Assembly: GCA_016933175.1 (NCBI GenBank) | Contig: JAFGBK010000081.1 | Coordinates: 3,640 to 67,639 of the forward strand | Length of the DNA stretch: 64,000 nucleotides | Direction of reading: 5' to 3' | Origin: Candidatus Krumholzibacteriota bacterium | GTDB lineage: Bacteria; Krumholzibacteriota; Krumholzibacteriia; JACNKJ01 | Shown here: positions 39,672 through 51,193 of the stretch, piece after piece | How positions within the stretch are numbered: the stretch's first letter is position 1 | How the letters are laid out: every line of letters starts with the position of its first letter | Program-made: the position numbers and the translations under genes | The notes under the pieces: generated by a model | Databases searched by the model: none | What the model saw: only the letters and a program-made list of their open reading frames with translations | What the model was told of the DNA's origin: nothing

Positions 39672-42060
39672 TCCCGCCACCGTCGGCGGCCAGGCGGGCC
39701 ACCGTGACGCCGCTGCCGCCGCTGCCCTGGTCCGCGAGGCGCTGGTCGCGCACGCGCCGGTCCCGGGCCAGCAGTTCCCGCACGGCCCGTCGCAGGGCGC
39801 CCGTGCCCTTGCCGTGCAGGATCTCCACGAACTCGAAGCCCGCCAGATGGGCCCCGTCCAGGAAGTCGTCCAGGCGCGCCTCGGCCTCTTCCACCGTCAG
39901 GCCGCGCAGGTCGAGCCGATAGGAGTCGAGCCCCTCGGCCTGGTAGCCCACGTCCACCGGGACCGGCTGCGGGCGGCCCGCCGGCGGCGCGGGCAGCAGG
40001 TCCGCCAGGGGCAGGACGAGGGTGAGGTCCCCCACGGCCACGCGGACCCGATCCTCGCCGGCCTCGCCGAGGATCTCCGCCGTCTGGCCCGTCACGCGGA
40101 GCCGCACGCGATCGCCCGCGCGCCAGTGCCGCAGAGGCGGGGCGGAGGGCGGCGGGCCGCCCAGATCCGTCAGATCCCCGCCCAGGCGCGCCAGCGCCTC
40201 GCGTCCGTTGCGAATGGCCTCCCGGCCGGCGCCGGATTCCCGCAGCTCCCGGACCACCCGCTCCAGCTCGCTGCGAGCGCCGGCCAGGAACTCCTCGCCC
40301 TCGCGACGGGCCCGGTCGAGGAGCTCGCCGGCCTCGCGCCGCGCGCCGGCCAGGCGCTGCTCGTACTCCTCGCGCAGGGCGCCGTGGCGCCGCTCCAGCT
40401 CCTCCGCTTGCCGCCGCGCTTCCTCCGCCCGCCGCGTCTCCCGCTCGAGGCGCTCCAGGAGCCCCTCGAGGGTCAGGGCCTCGTCGCCCAGCAGGGCTTC
40501 GGCCTCGGCCAGCACCGCAGCGTCCATGCCCAGGCGGCGGGCCGTGGCCAGAGCCCGGCTGGAGCCGGGCACCCCGAAGCGCAGGCTGTACAGGGGCCGG
40601 CGGGCCACGGGGTCGAACTCCATGGCCGCGTTGGCGGCGCCGGGCGTCTCCTGGGCGAAGCCCTTGAGGACGCCGATGTGGGTGCTGACCACCGCGAGCG
40701 TCCCCCGGTCGAGCCAGCGCTGCATCACGGCCCGGGCCAGGGCAGCTCCCTCCTCGGGATCCGTGCCGTCGCAGATCTCGTCCACCAGGACCAGCGAGCC
40801 GGCGCCGGCCTCGGCCACCATCTGCACCAGGTGCTCCAGGTGGGCGCTGAAGGTGGAGCGCGAATCCTGCAGGGACTGCTCGTCGCCGATGTCGACGAAC
40901 AGCCGGTCGAACAGGGGCAGCCGCGTGCCGTCGCGGGCCGGGACGGGCAGGCCGCACTGGTTCATGAGGACCAGCAGGCCGAGGGTCTTGAGCAGGACCG
41001 TCTTGCCGCCCGTGTTGGGTCCCGTCACCAGGAGCAGGCGCAGCTCGGGGCCGACTTCCAGGTCCAGGGGAACCAGGTCCCGGCCGGGCGCCAGGTAGCG
41101 CTCCAGGAGGGGATGGCGGGCGGCGGCCAGGCGCAGACCGCCGTCCATGTCGCTCTCGGCCCAGCACCAGTCGCCCCCCCGGCAGGCCCGGGCCACGGCC
41201 AGGGCCACGTCCAGGTCGTGGAAGGCCTCCAGGCGCTCCCGGATGACCTCGGCGTGAGCCCCCACGCGTGCCGTCAGCTCGGCCAGGATGCGCCGCGCCT
41301 CCTTGGCCTCGTCGGCCAGGAGGGAGGTGACGCGGTTGTTCAGCTCCACGGTCTCCAGGGGCTCGACGAAGAGGGTGCGCCCGGTGCCGGACTCGTCGTG
41401 GACGATGCCCGGCAGGGTGCTCCGCTGCTCGCGGCGGACGGGCAGGACCAGGCGGCCGTCGCGCAGGCGGGGCCGCGGGTCCTCGCCGGGCCCGCCCAGG
41501 CGGCCCCTGATGAGCCCGTCCAGCGTGTCGCGCACCTGCTGCCGCGTGGAGCGCACCTGCGCGCGCAGTCGTCCCAGCAGGGGGCTGGCCCCGTCCAGGA
41601 GGCCGCCCTCCTCGTCCAGGCAGCGCTCGATGGCCCCGGCCAGGGACGCCAGGGAGGGCGGGGCTCCCCAGTCGGCCGCCAGGACCGGCGCCTCGCCGGC
41701 ATGCCTGTGGAGGAACTCCCCACAGCGGTCGATGGCGCGCAGGCAGCGGGCGAGAGCTGCCAGCTCGGGCCCCGCCAGGACGGCGCCCGCGCGGCGGCTG
41801 GCCTCCAGGCGCCGGCCCGGATCGGCCAGGCCGGTCAGATCGGGCTCCTCGCCCAGCTCCAGCAGGCGCTGCCAGGCGGCCACGCGCTCCCGGCGCGCCG
41901 CCAGGATCTGGGCGCCGGCCAGGGGCGCGAGGCCGCGCAGCGTCTCGGCGCTGCGGGGCAGGTGCGCGCGGCGGGCGAGGTCCTCCAGGAGCTCGGGGAA
42001 CTCCAGGACCGCCGGCGCCTGGCCGCAGACCAGGGTCGCTGCCTCCGTGGTCCAAGGCAT
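39652..42060 (-). CDS. mutS2: Endonuclease MutS2
   Basis: TGPNTGGKT, DIGDEQS, STFSAH, DE..GTDP.EG, C-terminal Smr domain (LDLRG, HGKGTG.LR). Confidence 0.95.
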   Translation of the reverse strand: MPWTTEAATLVCGQAPAVLEFPELLEDLARRAHLPRSAETLRGLAPLAGAQILAARRERVAAWQRLLELGEEPDLTGLADPGRRLEASRRAGAVLAGPELAALARCLRAIDRCGEFLHRHAGEAPVLAADWGAPPSLASLAGAIERCLDEEGGLLDGASPLLGRLRAQVRSTRQQVRDTLDGLIRGRLGGPGEDPRPRLRDGRLVLPVRREQRSTLPGIVHDESGTGRTLFVEPLETVELNNRVTSLLADEAKEARRILAELTARVGAHAEVIRERLEAFHDLDVALAVARACRGGDWCWAESDMDGGLRLAAARHPLLERYLAPGRDLVPLDLEVGPELRLLLVTGPNTGGKTVLLKTLGLLVLMNQCGLPVPARDGTRLPLFDRLFVDIGDEQSLQDSRSTFSAHLEHLVQMVAEAGAGSLVLVDEICDGTDPEEGAALARAVMQRWLDRGTLAVVSTHIGVLKGFAQETPGAANAAMEFDPVARRPLYSLRFGVPGSSRALATARRLGMDAAVLAEAEALLGDEALTLEGLLERLERETRRAEEARRQAEELERRHGALREEYEQRLAGARREAGELLDRARREGEEFLAGARSELERVVRELRESGAGREAIRNGREALARLGGDLTDLGGPPPSAPPLRHWRAGDRVRLRVTGQTAEILGEAGEDRVRVAVGDLTLVLPLADLLPAPPAGRPQPVPVDVGYQAEGLDSYRLDLRGLTVEEAEARLDDFLDGAHLAGFEFVEILHGKGTGALRRAVRELLARDRRVRDQRLADQGSGGSGVTVARLAADGGGNEQTKS

Positions 42061-42587
42061 CAGATGGCGCCGCCGGGCACGGGCAGGCGCCCGGCCCGTA
42101 GCAGGGGGCTGATCTCCGCGAAGAGGTCGGGTGTGATGTCCAGCAGCAGCACCAGGAACCCGCGCTCCCAGGTCGCGGCCTCGCGCAGCATGGGCTCCAT
42201 CAGGGCCAGCTCGTCGAAGAGCGCCAGGATCAGCCCGGCAACCAGCAGTCCCAGGAACAGGCCCAGCAGGCCGCCGCCCACGTGGTTGAGCCACACGAGG
42301 GGCGTCCAGCGGATGGTCAGCGACAGGAGCCAGCCCAGCAGTCCGGCCACCAGGGCCACGGCCACGAAGGCCAGGATCACCAGGAGATACCAGCCGCCCG
42401 GGAATCCCAGGGCGTCCTCCACGCGCGGCCACAGGGCCGAGGCCAGGGGCCGGGCCAGCCAGATGCCCGCGATCAGCCCGATGACCTTGAAGGCCGTGCG
42501 GATGAGACCGCCGCGGAAGCCGTGGTAGACGCCCAGGAGAAGGGTTCCGAGCAGGGCCACCGTCAGGAGGTGAACGCCCCAGTTCAT
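42060..42587 (-). CDS. cvpA: CvpA family (colicin V production) membrane protein
   Basis: Four TM segments, GF.GG, N..GG.LLG; usual neighbour of mutS2. Confidence 0.8.
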   Translation of the reverse strand: MNWGVHLLTVALLGTLLLGVYHGFRGGLIRTAFKVIGLIAGIWLARPLASALWPRVEDALGFPGGWYLLVILAFVAVALVAGLLGWLLSLTIRWTPLVWLNHVGGGLLGLFLGLLVAGLILALFDELALMEPMLREAATWERGFLVLLLDITPDLFAEISPLLRAGRLPVPGGAI

Positions 42588-43024
42588 CCGCCCAGCCTCG
42601 CCTTGACCAGGGCGCTGACGGTCCCGCCCTCGGCGCGGCCCGCCGCCCGCGCGAGGACCTCCTTCATGACCGGGCCCATCTGCTTCAGGCCCGTGGCGCC
42701 GAGCTCGCCGATGACCGCGTCCACGAGCTCTCCCAGTTCCGCCTCGGAGAGGGCCGCTGGCAGGTAGGCCTGCACGATGTCGTGCTCGGCCATCTCCTTG
42801 GCCACCAGGTCCGGGCGGGCGCCCCGCTCGTACTCGGCCGCGGACTCCTTGCGCTTGCGCGCGTAGCGCGAGAGGACGTCCAGCACCTCGGCGTCGCCGA
42901 GGGCCTCGCCCCGCGCGATCTCCGCGTTCTTCAGCTCGGAGCGGAGCATGCGCAGCACGCTGACGCGCTGCCTGTCGCCGGCCTTCAGGGCCGTCTTGAG
43001 ATCCTCAAGCAGGCGTTCCTGCAC
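42584..43024 (-). CDS. yqeY: GatB/YqeY domain protein
   Basis: DLKTALKAGD, KRKESAAEY, YLP..LS, MGPVMK. Confidence 0.92.
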   Translation of the reverse strand: MQERLLEDLKTALKAGDRQRVSVLRMLRSELKNAEIARGEALGDAEVLDVLSRYARKRKESAAEYERGARPDLVAKEMAEHDIVQAYLPAALSEAELGELVDAVIGELGATGLKQMGPVMKEVLARAAGRAEGGTVSALVKARLGG

Positions 43025-43098
43025 GGCTGAGACCTCCCGTCTGCCGTTCCGGGGCCGCGACGGGACCGTCACGGCCGTAAAACGCAAATAACCTTTCG

Positions 43099-43128
43099 AG
43101 TATAGTCACCGTTCCGCAAGGCTGTCAA
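43099..43128 (-). promoter_or_regulatory. Promoter of the yqeY-cvpA-mutS2-dnaG-rpoD unit
   Basis: TTGACA, 18 nt, TATACT; the -35 box contains the rsmE TGA. Confidence 0.7.
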
Positions 43129-43874
43129 CGCGGCCCGGCGCCGGGCAACAGGATCCGGGCCGCCAGGGCCAGGGCGGCCGTCTCGGACCGCAGGCGGTGG
43201 GGCCCCAGGCTCAGGGGCGTCGCCCCGGCCCCCGCCAGGATCTCGCGCTCCTCGGCGGCGAAGCCGCCCTCGGGGCCGATCCAGGCCTGGTGGATCCCGC
43301 CCGGTTCGCGCAGCGCGGCCTCCAGCTCCGACCAGCCCGCCGCCGGCTCCCCGGCCCTTTCCTCGTCCGCCCACCAGAGACGACGTCCACGCTCCCCGGA
43401 CGCCGCGAGCTGGTCCGGCAGGGGTGCCGGCCCGGCCAGCTCGGGCAGCAGCAGGCGCCGACTCTGGCAGTAGGCGGCGGCGATGACCTCGGCGTAGCGC
43501 GCCGGTGCCGTCTCCCGGCGGACGACGCCATGGCGGCCCAGATAGAGGTCGAAGCCCGCCACGCCCAGCTCGGTGCCCTTCTCCAGCACCCAGTCCAGGC
43601 GCCGCCCCTTGAGCAGAGGCAGGGCCAGGCGCAGCTCGGGCAGGTCGGGCGGCGCCGGTTCGGCCACGGATTCGAGGCGCAGCCTGGCCTCGCGCCGGTC
43701 CACGCTCTCGACGCGGGCGAGGGCCACCAGGCCCCGGCCGTCGCGCAGCTCCAGGATGTCGCCGCGCCGGCGGCGCAGGACGCGGAACAGGTGGTGGTGG
43801 TCGGCGCCCGTGAGGCGCAGGCTCCGGATGGAAGCGTCGAGGTCGGGGCGCAGGATGACGGGCGTCTCGGGCAT
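43125..43874 (-). CDS. rsmE: 16S rRNA m3U1498 methyltransferase
   Basis: HHLFRVLR, EKGTELG, IGPEGGF, LG...LRSETA. Confidence 0.93.
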   Translation of the reverse strand: MPETPVILRPDLDASIRSLRLTGADHHHLFRVLRRRRGDILELRDGRGLVALARVESVDRREARLRLESVAEPAPPDLPELRLALPLLKGRRLDWVLEKGTELGVAGFDLYLGRHGVVRRETAPARYAEVIAAAYCQSRRLLLPELAGPAPLPDQLAASGERGRRLWWADEERAGEPAAGWSELEAALREPGGIHQAWIGPEGGFAAEEREILAGAGATPLSLGPHRLRSETAALALAARILLPGAGPR

Positions 43875-43882
43875 GGCCGCCT

Positions 43883-45004
43883 TCAGGCGGGCCGGCGCGG
43901 GCCGGGCAGCTTGGCGCCCTCGATCTCTGCCAGGCGCTCGAGCAGCCCCGCCTCCTCGCGGCTGGTGCGGGGCGGGCTCCAGGCCACCAGGCGCACCATG
44001 AGGTCGCCCTGGCGGCGGGAGTTCAGGTAGGGCAGGCCCTTGCCGCGCAGGCGGAAGATCTGGTGGCTCTGGGTTCCCGGCGGGACCTTGACCAGTGCCG
44101 CGCCCTCGAGGCCCCGCACCTCCACCCTTCCGCCCAGCACGAGGGTGCTGAAGGCGACGGGCTGCTCGAAGAAGAGATCCTGCTTGTGGCGCTCGAAGAC
44201 GGGATGCTCCTCCACCTCGACGACCACCATGACGTCGCCGGGGGGGCCGCCGCGCAGGCCGGCCTCGCCCTGGCCGCGCAGGGGGATGTAGTCGCCGGTG
44301 GAGACGCCGGCGGGGATCTTGACGTTGAGGCTCTCCTCGCCCGGCACACGACCCTCGCCGCCGCAGGCCGTGCAGGGATCGTCCACGAGGACGCCTTCGC
44401 CGTGGCAGGCGGGGCAGACGCTGACGTTGACGAACTGGCCGAGGATGCTGCGCTGGACGCGGCGCACCTCGCCCGATCCACCGCAGGTGGGACAGCGCTT
44501 GGTACTGGAGCCCGGGCGCTGGCCGCTGCCGCCGCAGGTTCCGCAGTCCACCTTCTTGCGCAGGCGGATCTGCTTGGTGGTCCCCGTGGCCACCTCCTCC
44601 AGGGTCAGCTTGACGCGGACGCGCAGGTCCCGCCCACCGCGGTCGGGCCGGCGGGCCTGGCGGCGGGGACCGCCGCCGAAGAAGGAGTCGAAGCCGAAGT
44701 CGCGCATGAAGGCCCGCAGGGCTTCCTCGAGGTCGATGCCTTCGGCTCCGAAGGGGCTCGCTCCGCCGAAGCCCTGGCCCGAGACGCCCGCGTGGCCGAA
44801 CTGGTCGTAGGCCTGGCGTTTCTGGGCGTCCTTGAGGACCTCGTAGGCCTCGGTGGCCTCCTTGAACTTCTCCTCGGCGCCCTGGTCGTCGGGATTGCGG
44901 TCGGGATGGTACTGCATGGCCAGCTTGCGGTAGGCCTTGCGGATCGCCTCCTCGTTGGCGGCGCGCTCCACGCCCAGGACCTCGTAGTAGTCGCGCTTCG
45001 CCAC
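43883..45004 (-). CDS. dnaJ: Chaperone DnaJ
   Basis: J domain with HPD, four CxxCxGxG motifs. Confidence 0.97.
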   Translation of the reverse strand: MAKRDYYEVLGVERAANEEAIRKAYRKLAMQYHPDRNPDDQGAEEKFKEATEAYEVLKDAQKRQAYDQFGHAGVSGQGFGGASPFGAEGIDLEEALRAFMRDFGFDSFFGGGPRRQARRPDRGGRDLRVRVKLTLEEVATGTTKQIRLRKKVDCGTCGGSGQRPGSSTKRCPTCGGSGEVRRVQRSILGQFVNVSVCPACHGEGVLVDDPCTACGGEGRVPGEESLNVKIPAGVSTGDYIPLRGQGEAGLRGGPPGDVMVVVEVEEHPVFERHKQDLFFEQPVAFSTLVLGGRVEVRGLEGAALVKVPPGTQSHQIFRLRGKGLPYLNSRRQGDLMVRLVAWSPPRTSREEAGLLERLAEIEGAKLPGPRRPA

Positions 45005-45012
45005 GCCGCCTC

Positions 45013-45666
45013 CTAGCCCGCCACCGCGACGCGGCTGGGACGCAGGACGCGATCGCCCAAGCGGTAGCCCTTCTGCATCTCCTGGATCACCTGCCCCTTG
45101 GGCGCGTCCGTGTTGGGCAGCTGCATGACGGCCTCGTGCAGGGCGGGATCAAAGGCCTCGCCCAGCGCCACGATGGGCTCGAGTCCAAGCTGGGTCAGGG
45201 CGCCGCGCAGGCCCTCGGCCACCAGGGCCACGCCCTCGGCGAAGGAATCCTCCTCGGGATCGGGGCCGCTTTCCAGGGCGCGTTCGAAATCATCGAGGAC
45301 GGCGAGCAGGGAGATGACGAGCTCGCCGCGGAAATGCTCGGCCTCGCGCTCGCGGTGGCGCTCGAGGCGGCGCAGCTGATTCTCGCGTTCGGCGAGGTTG
45401 CGCAGGAGGCGCTCCTCCCGCTGCCGCGCGTCGGCGGCCTCGCGGTGCGCCTCGGCCAGGTCGGCCTCCAGGGCGGCGAGTCTCTCGCTCAGCTCGGCCG
45501 CGGTGGCGAAACGCTCGGCGGCCTCGCCGGCCGTCGGGACCGCCGCGTCGCCGGCGGCCCGTTCCGCGTCGCCGGCCAGCGGGGTCGCGTCGCCCGTCGG
45601 GTCCTGCGCATCGCGGCGCTCCCGCCGCGGGTGGCCGTCCCGCTCCTTCGATGACTTCTTCGACAT
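45013..45666 (-). CDS. grpE: Nucleotide exchange factor GrpE
   Basis: LDDFERAL, FDPALHEAV, KGYRLGDRVLRPSRV. Confidence 0.95.
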   Translation of the reverse strand: MSKKSSKERDGHPRRERRDAQDPTGDATPLAGDAERAAGDAAVPTAGEAAERFATAAELSERLAALEADLAEAHREAADARQREERLLRNLAERENQLRRLERHREREAEHFRGELVISLLAVLDDFERALESGPDPEEDSFAEGVALVAEGLRGALTQLGLEPIVALGEAFDPALHEAVMQLPNTDAPKGQVIQEMQKGYRLGDRVLRPSRVAVAG

Positions 45667-45667
45667 C

Positions 45668-46462
45668 TCAGCTCCAGGTGGAAGACCGTCCGGCCCGGGA
45701 ATGGAGCAGGCGAACCAGGCTGTCCATGGCTCCCAGGACGAGAGAGTACTCCATGCGGACCGGACCGAGCAGGCCCATGAGGGCCGTCCCGTCGGAGTGG
45801 TGGATCTGCGAGGTGATGACGGTGAAGGAACTGAGGTCCTCGATGGCATTCTCCTGTCCGATGCACAGGCGCACCTCGCCGGGGGGATCGGCCAGGGCGC
45901 GCAGATACCGGCCGAAGGCGCTGGCGTCGTCCAGGAGGTGGATGAGGACCTTCAGGCGGCGGGGATCGTCGAACTCCGGCTGGCCGAGCAGCTCGTCGAT
46001 GCCGGTGATGGTGACCGTCGCGGCGTCCGCGTCCGCCGCGGCGCCGGGACCCGGAGCCAGCACCAGCAGCGACAGGCCCAGGGCGTGGCTGACGCGGCTC
46101 AGCAAGGCCGCGGCCTGGTCGAGGCTCTCGGCGAGGCTCCCCCGGCGCAGGTCCATCTCGCTGTGCACGAGCCGCTCCCAGGCCGGATGGGGCTGGCTCG
46201 GACGCACGATGCGCTCCACGTAGACCCGGTAGCCCCGGTCCGTGGGCACGCGCCCCGACGAGCGATGGGGCTGCATGAGCCAGCCCTGCCGCTCGAGTTC
46301 GCCGAAGGTGTTGCGGACGGTGGCCGAGGACCAGCGGTGCCGGAGATCCCGCGCGACGGCTGCCGAACTGACAGGTTCCGCGCGTTCCGTGTAGAGACGG
46401 ATGACGGATTCCAGGACCAGAAGCTCGCGGTCTTCGGGCACCTCGTAGTACCTGAAGTCCAT
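45668..46462 (-). CDS. hrcA: Heat-inducible transcription repressor HrcA (short form, about 264 aa)
   Basis: EPVSS, SSATVRN, PHRSSGRVPTDRGYR.YV, QPEF, IGQEN, GLLGPVRMEY. Confidence 0.9.
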   Translation of the reverse strand: MDFRYYEVPEDRELLVLESVIRLYTERAEPVSSAAVARDLRHRWSSATVRNTFGELERQGWLMQPHRSSGRVPTDRGYRVYVERIVRPSQPHPAWERLVHSEMDLRRGSLAESLDQAAALLSRVSHALGLSLLVLAPGPGAAADADAATVTITGIDELLGQPEFDDPRRLKVLIHLLDDASAFGRYLRALADPPGEVRLCIGQENAIEDLSSFTVITSQIHHSDGTALMGLLGPVRMEYSLVLGAMDSLVRLLHSRAGRSSTWS

Positions 46463-46492
46463 GGAAATCAACCCTTTTCTCGAATCGCCCGT

Positions 46493-46521
46493 AAATTAGG
46501 GAAGCCTGCGGGAGCTGTCAA
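46493..46521 (-). promoter_or_regulatory. Promoter of hrcA-grpE-dnaJ
   Basis: TTGACA, 17 nt, TAATTT; the -35 box contains the hemW TGA. Confidence 0.6.
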
Positions 46522-47648
46522 GAGACCAGCCGGGCGAGGATCGCGTCCAGGCGCAGCCAGCCCGCGGGCGTGAGCCGCCAGCGCGTCCCCTCGCGCCGGG
46601 CCCAGTCCTGGTCGGCCAGCTGGGCCAGGATCGGCCCGGCGCCGGCCAGGGCGGGATCGCCGGCCGCCAGCCCGCGCCGGGTCCTCAGGCCCAGAAGCAG
46701 GGCCTCCAGGCGCCGCTCGCCGGGGCCGCGCGCATCGCGGTCCAGGGGCGGCAGGCGGCCCGCCAGCAGGGGCGCCTGCCACGCATCCAGGGAGGCCGGC
46801 CGGGACAGGCGGCAATCCCGCAGGTGCGAGTGGGCCGCGGGACCCAGGCCCAGGTAGTCGCCCCCCTCCCAGACGGCCAGGTTGTGCCGGCACTCGCCGC
46901 CGGGCCGGCACCAGTTGGAGACCTCGTAGGCCGCGTAGCCGCGCCCGGCGAGAACCGCGTGGGTCTCCAGGTAGGCGTCGGCGAGCTGGGCCTCGCGCGC
47001 CTCGCCGCGGGCCGCGTCGCCGGCGGGCGCGCGGTCTCCCGGCGCCGCGCCGGACGCCCGCGCGCGCCCCCACCGCCCCTCGCCCTCCTCGAGGCAGTAG
47101 ACCGACAGGTGCTCGGGCGCGTGGTCGAGGACGCCCGCCAGGCTCCGTCGCCAGCTGTCCCGCGTCTGGCCGGGCAGGCCGAGGATCAGATCCGCGGACA
47201 GGCGCAGCGGCGCTGCGGCGGCCAGGGCGAGGGCGGCGCGGGCGCCCGCGCCGTCGTGGCGGCGGCCGGCGCGCGCGAGCTCGCCGTCGTCCAGGGACTG
47301 CACGCCCAGGCTGAGGCGGTCCACCCCGGCTCCCAACAGCCGCGCGAGGAGATCCGCGTCCAGGTCGTCGGGATTGCACTCGACGGTGAACTCGGTTTCC
47401 GGACCGGCCAGGGGCGCCAGCAGGGCGAGCAGGCGGTCGAGGGCCTGGCGCGGCAGGCAGCTGGGCGTGCCGCCGCCCACGTAGAGGCTGGGCAGGGGCG
47501 CCTGGCCGAGGTCGGCCGCGCAGAGATCCAGCTCGGCGGCCAGGGCCGCCACGTAGCGGCCGGGGTCGCCCGCGGTCTCGGCGTAGAAGGCGCAGTAGCC
47601 GCAGCGGGAGCGGCAGAAGGGAACGTGGACGTAGAGCGGCAGGCTCAC
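46518..47648 (-). CDS. hemW: Radical SAM heme chaperone HemW (HemN-like)
   Basis: YVHVPFCRSRCGYCAF, GGGTPS, RLSLGVQS, YEVSN, HN...W, YLGLGPAAH. Confidence 0.92.
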   Translation of the reverse strand: MSLPLYVHVPFCRSRCGYCAFYAETAGDPGRYVAALAAELDLCAADLGQAPLPSLYVGGGTPSCLPRQALDRLLALLAPLAGPETEFTVECNPDDLDADLLARLLGAGVDRLSLGVQSLDDGELARAGRRHDGAGARAALALAAAAPLRLSADLILGLPGQTRDSWRRSLAGVLDHAPEHLSVYCLEEGEGRWGRARASGAAPGDRAPAGDAARGEAREAQLADAYLETHAVLAGRGYAAYEVSNWCRPGGECRHNLAVWEGGDYLGLGPAAHSHLRDCRLSRPASLDAWQAPLLAGRLPPLDRDARGPGERRLEALLLGLRTRRGLAAGDPALAGAGPILAQLADQDWARREGTRWRLTPAGWLRLDAILARLVS

Positions 47649-48265
47649 CGCACGATGTCGCCGATGCGATCGAAGCGGGGGTACTTCTTCTCCCCGTTCC
47701 AGGACCAGTAGATGAAGATGGCCTTGCCCTGGACGTTGTCGCGCCAGGGGACCGTTCCCATGACGCGGCTGTCGTTGCTGTTGTCCCGGTTGTCGCCCAT
47801 CATGAACAGGTGCCCCTCGGGCACGGTGATGGGGCCGAAGTTGCGGGCGGCGCCGTGGGGACGGTCGCCGTAGATGTACTTGGTGTAAGGCTCCTCGCGC
47901 GCCTCGCCGTCCACGTAGACCACGCCGTCGTGGATGGACACCTCCTGCCCGCCCACGGCCACGCAGCGCTTGATGAAGTCGTCCTTCTGGTCGGGGAACT
48001 TGAAGACGATGATGTCCCCGGGCTTCGGATCGCGGAAGCCGGGCAGGCGGACGCTGGTGAACGGGATCTTGGGCCCGTAGAGAAGCTTGTTGACGAAGAG
48101 GAAGTCGCCCACCAGCAGGGTGTCCTCCATGCTGCCGCTGGGAATATGGAAGGCCTGGATGAGGAAGCTGCGCGCCAGGAAGGCCATGATCACCGCCCAA
48201 AGGACGACATCGAAGGTTTCGCGCAGCGCCGACTTCTTCTTGGCGGGTCCCTTCTTCTTCGCCAT
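47645..48265 (-). CDS. lepB: Signal peptidase I
   Basis: IPSGSMEDTL, FIKRCV, MGDNRDNSNDSR. Confidence 0.96.
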   Translation of the reverse strand: MAKKKGPAKKKSALRETFDVVLWAVIMAFLARSFLIQAFHIPSGSMEDTLLVGDFLFVNKLLYGPKIPFTSVRLPGFRDPKPGDIIVFKFPDQKDDFIKRCVAVGGQEVSIHDGVVYVDGEAREEPYTKYIYGDRPHGAARNFGPITVPEGHLFMMGDNRDNSNDSRVMGTVPWRDNVQGKAIFIYWSWNGEKKYPRFDRIGDIVR

Positions 48266-48273
48266 CGTGTCTC

Positions 48274-50076
<1,803 letters not shown>

Positions 50077-50083
50077 GGCCGCC

Positions 50084-50599
50084 TCAGAAGCTGACGCGCA
50101 GCTGGAGACCAACGGCGCGCGTCGTTCCGTCCACCACGGGCAGGACGCGGGCGCGGCGGCCGCGGATGTCCTCGGTGTCGAAATCGTGCAGGTGGGCGAA
50201 GACATAGGCGTCCAGCAGGCTGGCCAGGAAGACGGCCGAGCCGTACCAGACCCAGTCGCGTTGCCGCTCGTCGTGGTCGTGGAAGCGCGCGCGCAGCGTG
50301 CCGTATCCCAGGCCCCGCCAGGTCTCCCCGGGCGCCAGGGCGGCCGCGCGCCGCCGGTAACGGTCGGCCTCGAGGCCCTCGCTGACGATGACGCCGATGG
50401 CGTAGCTCTGCCAGGTAAACAGGACCACCGTCTTCCAGCCCTCGTCATTGTAGAGCTGACCCAGGGCGGGGAAGGCGGCGGAGGCCAGGATGGCCGCGGT
50501 GGCGTCGCGGCCGGACCGGTCCGCGGGCTCCTCGCCCGGCGCCCCCGCGGCCGGCGCGGCGAGAAGGACCAGGACGGTTGCGGCCAGGAATCTACGCAC
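50084..50599 (-). CDS. DUF5683-like membrane protein
   Basis: SA.FPALGQLYN..K and LLDAYVFAHLHDFD motifs. Confidence 0.7.
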   Translation of the reverse strand: MRRFLAATVLVLLAAPAAGAPGEEPADRSGRDATAAILASAAFPALGQLYNDEGWKTVVLFTWQSYAIGVIVSEGLEADRYRRRAAALAPGETWRGLGYGTLRARFHDHDERQRDWVWYGSAVFLASLLDAYVFAHLHDFDTEDIRGRRARVLPVVDGTTRAVGLQLRVSF

Positions 50600-50631
50600 G
50601 GATGGAGCGTCCTCGTTGCGCGGTGTGAAAA

Positions 50632-50729
50632 TGGCGGGAATGTGTGGGAATCGAACCCACCCCGGACGGGATTAGCGCCCGGCAGAAGGATTTGAAGTCC
50701 TCGGGGCCCACCAGGACCCATCCACTCCC
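50632..50729 (-). tRNA. selC: tRNA-Sec (UCA anticodon)
   Basis: 98 nt, anticodon loop CTTCAAA, 6-bp D stem with 4-nt loop, long variable arm, extended acceptor stem, encoded GCCA end. Confidence 0.93.
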
Positions 50730-50842
50730 GCGTAACACTCTGAATCGCGGTGATCGGGCGGCGCGCCGCTCGATCCTCATCGGAGCACCGAATCCGGGCG
50801 CCGGGTTCCGCCGCGCGGCCGCGAGCCCGCTCCGGCTCCGCC

Positions 50843-51156
50843 TCAGATGGTGCACCACTCCTCGTCGACAACCTGCCACGCCGAGAAGCGCTGCAGCTGC
50901 CAGTGGATCCGCCGCCCGAGCGACGGGACGTCCAGGACCGGCACGATGAACTCCGCGCTGGCGATCTCCCCCTGCACGCCGACGTCGATGGCCACGTCGC
51001 AGATGCGCAGATCCTGCCCGCCGAGGAGGGCGACGGCCGCGATCGGCCTGGACTCCGGCCAGCAGGGCCCGGACCCGCCGGCGACTTCTCCTCGCCGCGA
51101 CCGCCGATCAGGAGGGTCAGCAGCAGCGGCTCCAGCGCGCGCGGCTCTCGGGCCAA
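50843..51156 (-). pseudogene. Small gene apparently split over frames; weak resemblance to DUF503/YlxP
   Basis: The GC-rich third-codon frame shifts twice: LEPLLLTLLIGGRGEEK, then RRRVRALLAGVQA, then AAVALLGGQDLRICDVAIDV...VVDEEWCTI. Confidence 0.35.
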
Positions 51157-51193
51157 GGCCCGCCCATCCTGTCCTCGCCATCACGGCGGAGTG

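Noticed and set aside
43025..43098. Expected rpsU upstream of yqeY
   Set aside because: No S21-like ORF fits; the 74-nt stretch is just a leader.
51110..51170. Short ORF MGGPWPESRARWSRCC-TGA near tRNA-Sec as a possible selenoprotein
   Set aside because: A second TGA follows three codons later, codon usage is poor and I see no SECIS support.
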